DNA of 64,000 bases, from the NCBI GenBank assembly GCA_024704765.1, contig JAKMXF010000099.1, forward strand, positions 420,946 to 484,945, read 5' to 3'. Positions 38,950-52,426 of the stretch are shown here, piece by piece (position 1 is the stretch's first letter; each line of letters begins with the position of its first letter). The translations under genes were made by a program, and so were the position numbers. The notes beneath the pieces are model-generated. The model saw only the letters and a program-made list of their open reading frames with translations, made no database searches and had not been told where the DNA came from. This DNA is from Oopsacas minuta (lineage: Eukaryota; Animalia; Porifera).

Positions 38950-41900
38950 CTTCAAATACTACTCACTAATCAACGAAATTGGTATATTTGCTTTTATGGT
39001 TTAGAGATGATATTCTACATGCAGTAGAACTCGCTTCCTATGTACTCCCACATAAGCCGTACTGTCTCAATTAACTGAAATTTCTCCTTTCTATTCGATT
39101 ATAAATGATTCGGTTAATACGTACTCGGATAAGACGAAAATTATTCTTCCCAAAAGAACAAAATTGATTGAATCATACTGACGTAAGACGTACTCAATGA
39201 TAAATGCAGTAAATATCCTCTACATAATCAAATCTAATTCAAATCCCAATATACTTTTTATCTTATCCATAGACTACTATATCAACAGATGGGAAGTAGC
39301 CAAGCAATGAACATAAACTATCTAGCCGACAGATGTATTGTTCTCCCAATATTTCAGGATATTCAATACTTTTCATCTCCTACTGAACTTCATCTTTTAT
39401 TCTCTACTCCTATGAATAAAATTCTAAATAATTATCCTGCAATTTCACCCTGTCTAACTTTTGAAACGAAATCTCTAGCATCTATTTGAAGTATGTACCA
39501 AACCGTGTTTAAATATGATAAATCATCTAGATATAGATTTGAAAAGGTCAAAATTGAAACCTACATGCTCTATTACCCTGAATAGCAGTTAAAATCTCTA
39601 GTATAGTTTCAATAATCACCAATATGGTGTAAAATATTCACTTGAGAAAAAATTATAATCAATAATAACCAAATTAACATCTGCTGGATAGTTGCCAAAT
39701 GCACTATTGATCAATATACTACAATTCCACAAGTTTCCCCGGTGCTAAAGATTTTCTATTTTTATTCTTTTTATTTTCCAGAGGGAATTTTTCTAAACTG
39801 TATAACTCTCTCAAATGATGTCCAACCAGTTTTTTATTGTGATATTCTTAATAAGTCTCAAATTCCCCATCGTCTTTTAAGTATTTTGGGGAGATTTTTC
39901 CCTAGCAACGCAAGAATGCCTCAGTAATATGACAACATTTCAATCTCAATTGTGTCCTAACCCCGTCGGGTGAACTAATGCATGTGATTGTTTGAGGCAA
40001 TCAATCGACTTCCCACTATATACAATATCGTTTACCACCATGTTAACGAGTCAGCTTTTAGGATAATCATGAGATGGAAGTAATATAGGCAATTAAAATT
40101 CACAATGTTTCTCGAATTTGTAGCATAAATAGTTTTCCCAGTTACCGAGATTTCAACCTTACGAAAATGGATCAATTTCTCTCTACGAATTATTTACAAA
40201 ACAAACGATAACATGCACAACCTACGTAACTAAAGCCTATTCACGATATTTAACTATGGATTACTCCAAGTCTATTCAATTTGACTTACAATTATATTTT
40301 TATCGATAAAACAAAATCGGTGCATTTTGGCTCGAATAAATGTACAATTGATAGTTAATAATTTACGAATGCCATATTATCCAACTGTTACCAGTTTGAA
40401 ATAACGTCATCTGTTTGATCAGAAGTGCAATGTGTTGTTAAAAATGCACCATTTTTAAGGCTCTGATAACGATCACTACGTCTTCGATTCCAGAAATAAT
40501 ATCAAGTGATCGAAGGATGTTTATACATAAAATATAAAATTTTTATAATTTTATATTTTACGTAACTGTGTTATATTAAATACCATGGATAGCACTTATT
40601 TGATAAAACTTTGGTAACTCGGTAGTCACTAGAGTTATTATCAAATAAGTCCAGCTAATATTTACTAGATATCAAACTTCCCATACCCTTGTAATTCATT
40701 TTAATACGGTATCTTGAAGAACTATTGTGTAATCTTAATAATGACCAAATATGGGCAAAATCACGATTGCGTCACATCGGTTTGAGATAAAATTAAACAA
40801 ATTCTTTAAATTACGCTTTTTAATTGCTTTTGAACTTACTAAAGGGTTATACCGGATTGTAATTCTGTTTTTCTTCCAATAATACAATTCGCCGCAGTAA
40901 AACACAAGATTCTGCAAGTTCCCCAACCTACTAGTATTGCAATTAACACAGATAGATCTCCAAACATAGATATCACCAATTTCAGCCATAAAGACTCCGT
41001 GAGTTCACAAATATATTTCGAGATGAACCAATTGGCAGATGATAAGTTTTCTAAGTCAGAAGAATCTAATCCTTCATTTTGAGAGAATTCAGAAACGGCA
41101 TCTTTAATATGTTCATTGGCGGGACTAATGTGATGTTAGAAGTAGAATTAGATATTTCGTATAAAATTGATTCAATTTGTAGAATACCAGTAATTGAATT
41201 GGCAGAATATTTTCCTCCATTGTACAAAGCTATGGCAGATATAAACAGATAATTTCAAGATACAAGTCTACTGAAATATTTCGCTCCATCATATTAAGGT
41301 GAACAAATGTTGTACAAAGGTTATCACAATGCCCACGGGTCTCTCAGAAAATCATATTGATCGAAAAAACGAGGTCCTTGAGATTTTTCATGATTCTTGT
41401 GTAGAATTTTGCATAGAATCCGATTCTGTTGCCAAAAAAATATTTCTCACACAAATTTTTGAGTTATTTTATATTTTTTTGTAAAAAAAAAATTTTTTTA
41501 GTTCCCATTTTTATATGTTGTCGGGTTGCTAATTTATCATATTAGAATCATCGTTATCACTCATACATTGAATATAATACATCCATCAGTCACATATAGA
41601 ATAAATTAAGTACTTATAGAATTAACGAAATTAATTTCCTTGACAGCATTTAGTAGGTTTTCGCCGTAATTTTCTAGAGACTCGCTACATTGATAATTTC
41701 TCCAAACTTTGATGAATCGAGAATGAGCTGATTCAGCTGCCTGCTCTGAAACGGCGCCCAATCCCATACCAACTGGAAGGAATTTGGTGATAAATGGGAT
41801 AACATGTCTGCACACTATATGGACTTTTGTTGAACAATTCAGCCCAGTTAATTTGAATGCTTCTTCAAATTGAAATATCGCCAGTTTGTAATCACCTTGT

Positions 41901-43505
41901 ATCTTTTGCCCAAAACATGTCCTCACTACCTCTGAAAATCGCTTTAAAGCAATGCTGGATGAGTTGCTAATTGGAAAACCAATCTGCTCAACCATCAATG
42001 TAATTTTCCGCATTGCATTACCTTCAAATGCGCCTCCATGGTAAGAACTTCGAGATATGTTATTGTGCTTCAGTAATAATTCATGTGTAACTAACTCTTC
42101 TTCAGACATTGTAGCCACGATCGCATTGTACAACTTCTGACCAACCCCTAACAAAAGATGTAACTCGGGAATATTGAACATCTGCATGTAGTCAACCATC
42201 CATACACCAAGAGCCTCCATATCTTATACACCATCACAGTCAATCGCATGATTCTTTGAGTCGGAGTTATATTCTTCACACAATTTTTGGTACATCTCTG
42301 CATGATGTGCTGATGATCTTGATTTGAATTCGACATGATCCAATCCACTTTTAGCATCCCATACACACCAAATGCATGGGTAACGTCCAAGCATAATACC
42401 CAGACAGAGAGCAGCGGCTTTGAGATCAAAGGTAAAAGATACAAGGTGATTACAAACTGGCGATATTTCAATTTGAAGAAGCATTCAAATTAACTGGGCT
42501 GAATTGTTCAACAAAAGTCCATATAGTGTGCAGACATGTTATCCCATTTATCACCAAATTCCTTCCAGTTGGTATGGGATTGGGCGCCGTTTCAGAGCAG
42601 GCAGCTGAATCAGCTCATTCTCGATTCATCAAAGTTTGGAGAAATTATCAATGTAGCGAGTCTCTAGAAAATTACGGCGAAAACCTACTAAATGCTGTCA
42701 AGGAAATTAATTTCGTTAATTCTATAAGTACTTAATTTATTCTATATGTGACTGATGGATGTATTATATTCAATGTATGAGTGATAACGATGATTCTAAT
42801 ATGATAAATTAGCAACCCGACAACATATAAAAATGGGAACTAAAAAAATTTTTTTTTTACAAAAAAATATAAAATAACTCAAAAATTTGTGTGAGAAATA
42901 TTTTTTTGGCAACAGAATCGGATTCTACGCAAAATTCTACACAAGAATCATGAAAAATCTCAAGGACCTCGTTTTTTCGATCAATATGATTTTCTGAGAG
43001 ACCCGTGTGCCATACTATCAAATTCTTGGTTAATGAAATTAGAATCGACTTATTTGGAAAATCCTGGAGAGTCTTGATTTTGTACTTTTGTGTTCCTATC
43101 TCTCAGATATCAGGCTCACTGTATAGTTTAATTCATTAATTCTTCATCCTTTGAGTCAAAAGATAAGTGGCTTGCTTGTTGTTGTAGATGACTAATAGGC
43201 TGGACTTCCAGGAAGCAACCATGGAACAGCACCCTATTTCAGCTTAGGCCTAGCACGCTGTACTTCAGTGAATGTTCCGTTTCAGTTGGGTACTTGATGA
43301 GTAGCTTCTTATAACTTCATTCCGGAAATGTTTTATGCATACTCCAACAACTTTTATTTTCTCAATGCTATCATGGCGTAGAGCCAGTATCCATGCTTGT
43401 TTAGTTCAGGTGGATTAGTTGGCAATTTAATAAGGGAACTCTGTCTTCTTTCTCATGGACATTATTCTTACATACTGGAGCTGAAGAAGTGTTTGGCATC
43501 GTTTA
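38950..43505 (-). pseudogene. Old THAP/P-element transposase relic, interrupted by the Chapaev element
   Basis: THAP at ~43180-43505 (MPN...PVCK...LPTNPPE...AWI...VCIKHF...GAVPWLLPG). Downstream: HLRELYSLEK...APGKL (~39730-39830) and IERRNFS*LRQ (~39060-39100). Boundaries approximate. Confidence 0.55.
41334..43007 (-). mobile_element. Chapaev-type transposon derivative with 574-bp inverted arms, both derived from the 3' end
   Basis: CACGG...CCGTG termini; 4-bp TSD tgcc (41330-41333, 43008-43011). Transposase C-terminal half: DLK, PCIWC, PELHLLLGVG, YHGGAFEGN, TKVHIV..HV, SEQAAESAH. Arms 41334-41907 and 42434-43007 are nearly identical. Confidence 0.85.
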
Positions 43506-46500
43506 AACTGAATGAATATGTTGCTAATAATTCGAAGCCTAAATGGTATAGAGAGTTCAATTCACAAACTTTGGTGGGTTAATTTCACTTTTGTGAGATT
43601 CTTTTTTATTCGTTGCTCGGCTACTTTCCTATCTGTGTTATATAGTAGTATATGTCTTATCGTTTGCAATCTGGATAATACCAAACCTCTATTGATTATC
43701 TCTGGGTAATTTTAGTGTACTATGTACGTAGAATCATACTGATACTCACAACCTCGGTTATTTTTTATTGTTTCCAAAGTGAGAAGTCTTAACGGTGTTC
43801 TAGAGTATCTAATACAAACGTATCTGAGCTAAATATCTATTTGTGAGATTTGAAACCATTCCTTATACTAATAAAATATTTATTACTATATCTCAATCCA
43901 AAATTCTAGATTGATCCTATGCCTCATAAGCGCCGAAAGGGGGCGTCAGGGAGGTTTGACGCCCCTGACTGAGGAAACAATCAGGGAGTGTATACCCCTT
44001 GTGGCCAGTAAAGTAAGGAGCATTGTTGCTTTGATAGATATAGAATACACAACTAGTAGTGATTATGTAGTATTTTTCGTACCTAAACTATTCGGGTCCT
44101 ATGTTTTATTCTATATGTGCTATATATATTTCCTTATTCCAGGACTCTGATTTGTAAGAATAAGATAATATTACCAGGATATACGCCGAAAGTTGGAGGG
44201 TGAGGGACTCCTGGAGATCTTGCCCATACTAGTCAATTAGCTATATCCCCTGACCTTAGAAACTTTCGGCGCCCATGGTAGGCCTTATATAGAGAAGGCT
44301 ATAGAGCAGTATTAAGGGGTTATGGAAGATTTTTCTATGACCAGAAGAATATCACAGGTAAATTGAATTTAATTTCTCTAAATCTACCACTAAAGCTGTC
44401 TCTATTTAACGAATTTAGTCCACCTAACTAGATTATTCGAATTTCCTAAAATCTAGAGAAATTTAGTCTTGATTGAGTCTGATACCCCTATAACTCCCTC
44501 TCACGATCAACCGAAATTTTTTGTATGAATTGAGATAAATCCGTTCTTGTAGATTTGTCCCAATTCATTAAGCGGTTTTCCTGATTAGCCCGTGTCCTAA
44601 TTGGGCGAGTTTACTTTATATATATAACTTACAATAAAAATCGATCTCTCTCCTAGTCCCAGATTAATCTATGCTTTGGTTAAATTATGGTATTCAGAAA
44701 TGTATTGGACAAATAATAGCCTACTCTTTAAAGATAAATGCTGTTCACTGAATCAACTTTCACTGTACCAGGGATAAAAGGAAGTGGATATATTTTCATA
44801 GACAATTCTATAATCGCCGATATAAGAAACTGGCATATTTACAACGAAAAAGGTATTAATGATACATAGTTATACAGTAGAACTCGGAAAAGACGCATCC
44901 CTCGGGGAAAGAAATTTGTACTCCTTAACCGAATTTTCTTCCTATACAATCTGTACAATATAAATTATCTTTTTTTGGGAAAGCTACGCTTAGTGCTGAG
45001 AAGCGAGTTAAAATTTGTAGATATATTGTGATAGTTGGTCAAGTTTGATGATCTAAGTATAGCTGAAATCTTAAATTTCTGGTATACTGAGTCAAGCCTA
45101 CTATACACAAGGCCTCACAAGAGATAATGGATTTTGGATCATGGATGCTGAAATCGACGTAACTTAAATTTTAATTAACGTAGTATGAAGTAATATTTAT
45201 TTTCTTAACGATGTTTACGAATGCATTGGCTTGTTTTTAACTTTTGAACTTACATTGTTATTAACCCATAATTACTAATTTTTTTCCATATATATTGGTA
45301 TTAAAAATTTTGTGAGCGTGAGATTTTATACCTATGTTTCCCAGCTATATGCAATTACTTCTGCTCATCCATTGACTCGTCGCTGTTCTTCCCCCGCTTG
45401 TAAAGGTCACTATGAAATGAGCAACAATTTCCGGTATTTTAGATGCCACACAATCTAGATGCACTCAACTACTCTTTGGTTTGGTCCCTCCAGAAAGATG
45501 CTGTTGTTCTCAAGACTGTTTACGTGTGTTCCAACTTCCAAGCATTTCAGGTTGGGAGAATTTGAGTATAAGCACACACGCATAGAGTACCCACGGAGAA
45601 GATACTTGTTGAGAAGCCCCTCACAAGTATTGAAAGCTGAAGAAGGTGCGGTACCGTTTATTTTACCTGGGCCATGTTTACTATTCCACACAGTCTTCAC
45701 GAATCGGCGTGGTGTCTCCTCTCAAAATGAATGATCAACCTCCCTCCCAAACTATGAATCTCATTCTGATATCAAATATTGAAGATAATACGAAGTTTCT
45801 TATTACCAGATTCCAAGTTTGCAGTTAAGTTATTATTTGTTTGTGCGTATTTAAAACACGTTCAATTTGATATCATAATCTCCATGCTCTGATAATTATG
45901 CGCAATAGCAGAGATTTATCTACGAATTTCTGTTTTAGCACTTTTTCTTGCAAGGACTCTGCTGGGCAGGCTATGATTGCGCTAAAGATTTCCTTATAAA
46001 GTGAATTAGTGTACGATAAATGCATGAAAGTTGGTGAAATTTTGTTTAGAGTTGGTCTAATATGGGAAAACTGGAACTGAAATTGATATCACAAGTGAAA
46101 TCAAAACCATAACGTAGCACTCGGGGATATTTTAGCGGCTTAATTTTTGTTGTTTACCTTTTCCTTGTAAGCAGTTCTTATTATAGGAAAATCCCCAATA
46201 CTTCCCTGTGAGTTATGCACGTGACTTATATCATTCATATTGCTTCATGTTTTATCACTGTGACGTCATCGCCATTGATCCGAATTGCAACCTGGGATTG
46301 TAGTGTAGCAGCGTCATGAGTAACATAAAGTGAAAGTTTTTTAGTTAACTTTTTTGTAACTAAATACAACACTTATCCAGCATTCTCAGAGTATTAAAAC
46401 AATAGAAGAGTATATCTCGAATCTAATTGAACTAGATAAGTGCGATTTCAGGCGATGATGTCATAATGACAAATGTGAAGCAATAAGAATGATATAAGTT

Positions 46501-46811
46501 TAAATTAGGTTTCTTAAGGTCGGTTTACTATACAGTAAAACCTCCATTAGACCATACCTCCCTATAGTGAACGGGGAACTCTCATTTATCTCCAAATATT
46601 ACTTATCCATTCATATGGGCCTCCCATTAAAGAACTTAAGTGTTTATCATAATTCTTGAGGATCAATATGACAGTCAATGGGCTGTATTTTGTTCACAGT
46701 TTATGAGGATCACTATGATCGATGCAATGTTTTTGTTCTTTATACGACTTATTATTGAAATGATAATTGTTTTTCTGAAAAGGAACCCATTCCCCATATT
46801 TGTTAAGAGCC

Positions 46812-47310
46812 CAGGGTGCTAAATTCGATCTTCTTCTTAGACTCAGGTTTAAGAGAACTTACCTATTTACACCTTGTACCAAAATTTCAAAGCAATCGAA
46901 TAAGATTTGAGTGAGCCACGTGAGTTTGCATTTTCGTCTGTCCATGGTCTACGCCGTCGCCCAAAATTATCAAAATGGCACATTGTCGGTCGAATTCTGG
47001 GCCAGCAGGTGCGAAATCGAAAATTGAGCTCTAGCACAACTTGTAAACATATCTTAGCTACATATAATCGTTTAGAACACGTTGATATCTCTACAAATGG
47101 TGATGCCACAGTGCAGGACCTTGGGACCATTTTGAAAATTTGAGCGTTTTTGTGCTTGTAGACCATGGATAGGCGAATATGTAAACTTACTTGGCTCGTT
47201 CATATCTTATCCAATAGCTTTGAAATTTTCACTAAACGTATAGATATGTAAGATCTCTCAAAATCCGAGTCAAATTCGAGGATCTAGAATCCCGCTTGTC
47301 TAGCACCCTG
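46812..47310. mobile_element. MITE with CAGGGTGCTA termini
   Basis: cagggtgcta ... tagcaccctg; no clear TSD. Confidence 0.5.
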
Positions 47311-47685
47311 GATCTGTAAGCATATATACCACTGTCTATATTAAGATGACATTTGTTCAAATCTTTGGTCTTTCTATCTCAAAACAAATCCTCACAATTC
47401 AGTTCCTTCTAACAAGGATGTTAACAGTGCTATAAAGGTGGTCACGGTATATGCGATTCACAATCCTAGTGGTCCTAGGGTCGATCATCAGTACCGAGAG
47501 TCTTGTTTATGGACATATGATAGAAAAGAGTTGCCACATGCCTCAGAAATGTCTCAGAGGCTTTTCAAAGTTTAATCAATTGGACTACTTATTACATTTA
47601 ATAATACAGATTAGTTAAACGTATACCTACATACGTACTACTCAATGACGTGTGTTATACTGAAAATGGTTAATAAAATACATTA

Positions 47686-48722
47686 CTGGGTGTCTCAAAA
47701 GTTATTTCCTCCTCAGTACTTCAATAGAAGTCGATATAAATCGAACAGTATTGTTTACTAACCGACAATTCAGATTATTATTATTCTATAATAGTCCAAT
47801 ACTAAATATATACATCATTTACTTAATCGATGATTTGTTCATATATTCGTAATTTTTTCTCAACCCTCACTAAATTTATAACAATTCAACGTCATTTACG
47901 CGACACAATCAGAGCGAGAGCCTATAAAAGACCCTCATACCCGAAATTGACCGAAAAACAGAAGCTAAAAAGGCTAGAATTCTGTCAAAAACGGAAAACA
48001 TGGAATGGTCGTGATTGGGAAAGAGTTCTTTTTAGTGATGAAAGCCCTTTTGAGCTTTCCATCCGACTAATAGGCAGAATGATCGTGTTTGGGACGTTAA
48101 TCCGCACAGCATTACCCCGGTTAAATCAGTAAAAAACCCCCCGAAAATGATGGTCTGGGGAATGATGAGTCGGTCAGGGCTATCAGAACTACACTTCATC
48201 CCCCCAAACTCTCAGTGAATACTGAATACTATATTAGTAAAATCCTGGAGCAGTGATGTCTCACAATCTTTAAGCGCAGAAAGACTAGAGCTGCACTTAG
48301 CCAAAGGAAATGTGTCGAAAGATGTCGGAGACAATTTTCATGCAGGATGGCGCCCCTGCCCATACAGCCATAAGGACTCAGAAATGGCTTTCAGAGCATC
48401 TACCTGGCTTTTGGAAGAAAGGTGTTTGGCCCAGTAACTCCCCAGATTTAAATCCCATCGAAAATCTTTGGTCTATTATGCAAGCAGAGCTTGACAAGAG
48501 AAAGCCCGCTACAAATTTAACACAGCTCGGAAAATATTTAGAAAACAGATGGAATGGGATTAACCCCTCGATACTTGAGAATTTGATTGATTGAATGCCA
48601 GGTCGAATTAATTCATGTATAAAACTTAATGGTGAATATAGGTAAATAATTAGATGAATCTATCTAAGAAATTCTTAATTATTGTGGGATTCAGAAGACG
48701 AAAATACTTTTGAGACACTCTG
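47686..48722 (+). mobile_element. Tc1-like (DD37E) element with an N-terminal deletion
   Basis: TIR c(t/a)g(g/a)gtgtctcaaaagt, TA TSDs. LFSDES, MVWGMMS, FMQDGAP...NSPDLNPIENLW. Confidence 0.9.
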
Positions 48723-49717
48723 TACATTAGATTATTTGGTCAACGTTGATTACTTACAGTAGCACATCTTGCACATGTTTACAAACAATCATTCATACAC
48801 CTCATAAAGTTTATGATATGCCCTAAAAGGCAAACATCTTATCAAGGAACACCTCATATTAGGAACACTTTTCAGCAGTCCCAAAAGTGTTCCCTAATTG
48901 GAGCTTTTACTCTACACTGAAGCTTTTAATATGTATATTTGGATTGTAAGTTACTGAGTTTCTCGATTTTCAATTTGAGCCATTATAGGGTCACTTACGG
49001 ATTTATGCATAACTCACAGAAAATAATTGGGGTCCTTAAAATTATTTCTATAATAATAGCCGCTTACAAAGAAAGGTATAACGACAAAAAATTATGACCC
49101 GATTTGACTTGTGGTATCAGTTTCTGTTCAGTTTTCGCATATTAGATCAACTCTAAAAAACATTTCACAAACTTTTATCAATTCTCGTACACTGATTCAC
49201 ATGATTGGCAATTTTTGCTTAATCATGCCACACTCTGCATTTTATAGGCATTTAAAGTTAGATGGCGACTTTTCGATTTTGGGAAATTCCATCTCGGAGT
49301 GCAAAAATCAAATAATTGCTACGTCATAACTCGAAAGATATTTCATCGATTCATATGAAACTTTTACAGATGTTTTACTAGTTGTTATCTTGTCACATAC
49401 CTACTCATAGCCAAATCGGTTGCCATTGGTGAAATGACTGGATGAATTCACAATGGAATTCTCTATACCATAGTCGTGAAAATTTACTCAAAGTTCCCTA
49501 GGAAACTCGGCAAATGTTGCTAGATAAGATAAGTTAAATAATTATGGTATTGTGGTATTGCGTCAGCAGGCGGCCACATCCAACACGTTCTAGATAATAG
49601 CCATGATAACTCAGAAAACTAATTGCACGAATATCCAGAAGATCTTAGACTACAATGTATTAGTTGTCAGCTTCAAAATAGCCTGGTTCCGCCAGCCGGT
49701 TGCGTATAATCCTGACC

Positions 49718-50372
49718 CATAGCCTACTAAAGATAAGGCCTGATCACTACTATTGGCCAGAACTAAAAGGAAGTGGATATATTTTTGAGGTGAACTTCTT
49801 TAATCGCAATAATATGAAATTACTCATATATGGGCATTTTTGACATTACGCAATAATCTTGAGAGATATCATATCAAAATATATCACAAAGGTATGGGAA
49901 GTTGAATTTATACCATAAATAGCCATCCTGATTTGACCATAATTTCCACGAATATCGACTTATAAGTGGATATTAGCAATACATGTGGCATCCATGGTCT
50001 GTGCGATAACTCAGAAACTTGCGAACTTTACCATGAAATAATTCTTACATTTTGTACAGAGACTGTTTTAGTTAATTATGTATTTCAACATCCTGAACAT
50101 AGATTAATAATTCGCGTTACACATGATTTCAAAGATGGAGCAGTTTTTCATATATATTTGCCAATTACGCTAACAAATGACGTTACTTCGAATTGAAAAC
50201 ATTTCTCAAATGTGGTCTTTGTGAATTCTTACATATCAATAACACATTTATTCGGGTGAAAATGTACCAGTTTCTTATTATTGGCGATTACAGAATTTCC
50301 AATCAAAATATATCCACTTCCTCTTATTCCTGGTCCAAGGTAGTGATCAGGCCTTATCTTTTGTACGCTATG
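49718..50372. mobile_element. CATAGCCTAC-family foldback MITE with a shortened left arm
   Basis: Ends catagcctactaaagataaggcctgatcact / agtgatcaggccttatcttttgtacgctatg. Body similar to 25663-26675. No TSD match. Confidence 0.7.
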
Positions 50373-52426
50373 ATTCTTCCAATTTTTCAGTTAACTCGTT
50401 AATACGAACACCAACACGATAAAAATGTTCGCTTTATCAGGAGTTCATATTAACTGGAGTAATACCAATTGGATACCCATTGTGTACCTGAATTTGCTTA
50501 AATATATGTTTGTCTTATATGGAAATTCGTACTAACTGTGTTTATAAACCAGGTTCCACTACACTTATACTTAGAATAATAGGTATAGACTGTTTACTAT
50601 TTCTCTCGTTTTTTTTCATTTAGTTGAGAAGTAGAATGGAAAATCCGTCAGCTGGAGGAACGTGATGTGAATTTTTTCCCAACATCGGTACTTTCATGAG
50701 CAGGGATTCCTCTGAGTCAGCCTTTTTCTGAAAGAAAATACATATTAAATAATTAAATATCAGGTTGAACATCAAAGTTGGCACTTTGGTTACTCGATCA
50801 CTGCTAGATTGTACTTAAAGTCCTCTCCGGCATCTAGGTAAACAGTTGCTTCTTCCTCCTGTGGATTGATTTATGTATTTCTGTTAATGTCAATTTTTGT
50901 AGCATTTGTTGATCATAATGTGAATTAAGATCTATATTACTTCTATTATAACGTATTTCAATGGTGATAATGTATGAATAAGACAAATGCTTGGTGGAGT
51001 AGGATATATACCCTAGAATAAGAAATTATACCCAGTAGTGAAGATTTTAACAGACAGGCGGTCATATTCGTTGAATTTCAGTTCTGTCGGCACGTGCATC
51101 TCTGATCCAAAATCCATAAGCAGCTGTGAGACCTGATGTATAGTAGGCTATGATTGAGGCAATGGCGGCACGAGTGCCGCAGATGCGACAAGCGCCGTTA
51201 ACAATTTGGGGTCAGATCAATCGGGTCAATCGATAATCCTGAATATATAGTTTAAATTGATAGGTATTTGAAAAGTAATTTGGATATACGAGTGGCAGAA
51301 CAATTAGAAAGCGATAGTTAATATATACATGCATAACATTCAGCTTCACTAAGGGAATGGCACTGGACCATTTTCAGGAACAAGTATTGGTTAAACAAGT
51401 ACTGCATGATTATACTTACTATATATATTTCTTATAAAGTGTACTTCTGGCCGAATTAATATAGTACATAATTGTGAGAATAAATGTCATCAGTCTATTC
51501 AACTAATGAAGCAATAATTTTGCTGAATTGCTCAAAATGGCCCATCTTTGAAACAATGTAAAACGTGAAATATAGATATTTAATGAAAGGTTCAAGCAGT
51601 TATTTTGACCATTGTGGGAGGGGGGCGATTCAAGGAAATGCTGTAGAAATTGGTCAAGCCATAACATGCTATGCGTAAGTCAATGGCGCCCGATACTGAC
51701 CTTTCGTGACAAATAGTAAATTGTGCATTCGGCACATTCACTTTGCCTATTGACTTCTTTTTTCACTTTGTTATAACTGACTTGGTATTGCCACTGACTG
51801 GTGAAGTCAGTAATACCTGGTGGGTGATCTTTATAAGCATTATTATACAGTTTAACGGAGCTAGACACCCCTGCTTGTTGCATGGCGTATTTTGAAGCGA
51901 TTTTGGGAGAGGCGGAAGGATTATTATCGAATTAGTTATCACATGCGTTAATTGTTGTATTTATGCATTTCAATTCACTATTACAATGAAGTTAGGAAAT
52001 TTCCCTTGGATTTGTGTCTATGTTAGTCGGGCCTGTTGTGCGGGATCAAGACACCCATTGTTGATTATTTTGGTCACACCTTATGAGACAGACCAAAATC
52101 CCTTGAGTATTGGTCCTAACACCTATGATCGACTTAATTTAGAAAAGTGCATGTACACTACAGTTATTCTTAATAATCAAATAATCTATGAGTTTCAAAA
52201 GATGATGGACTCGATAGGTGAATTTGTCGAATGCGCAATTTGCTATATATCACGAAATGTCCTGTCATTGAAAGTCCAATTCAAGAAAAGTCTGTATCCC
52301 TCTTTGGGTAAACTTGTAAGTTCGAAATTGCACCTCCTGCTAAATTCGTCCCCCGTGGCAGTGTGTAGTATGCTATAAACTCTGCAATTCCGTCGACTCA
52401 CTAAAAGCAAAATCTCATTAGTTATT

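Larger units (their letters stand above)
45093..51152 (+). mobile_element. Old THAP-bearing P-family element (CATAGCCTAC ends) with several nested insertions
   Basis: Left end caagcctactatacacaaggcctcaca...atggattttggatca matches the reverse complement of the right end at 51152. Flanks actgagt/attgagg match at 5 of 7. THAP relic at ~45375-45730 (RRCSSPACKGHY...SKHF...EGAVPFILPG). Confidence 0.6.

Noticed and set aside
42526-42735. Plus-strand 69-aa ORF as an independent gene
   Set aside because: It is the inverted duplicate of the Chapaev transposase C-terminus.
37164-44303. CATAGCC-type left and right ends bracketing the WW exon, suggesting exon capture by a composite transposon
   Set aside because: Flanks (catgaat vs gagcagt) do not form a TSD, the ends look like different subfamilies, and the exon is in phase with exons outside.
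43938-51180. GC-rich short hairpins at ~43938-43966 and ~51165-51180 as Helitron 3' ends or terminators
   Set aside because: No CTRR terminus at the expected distance and no Rep/helicase sequence.
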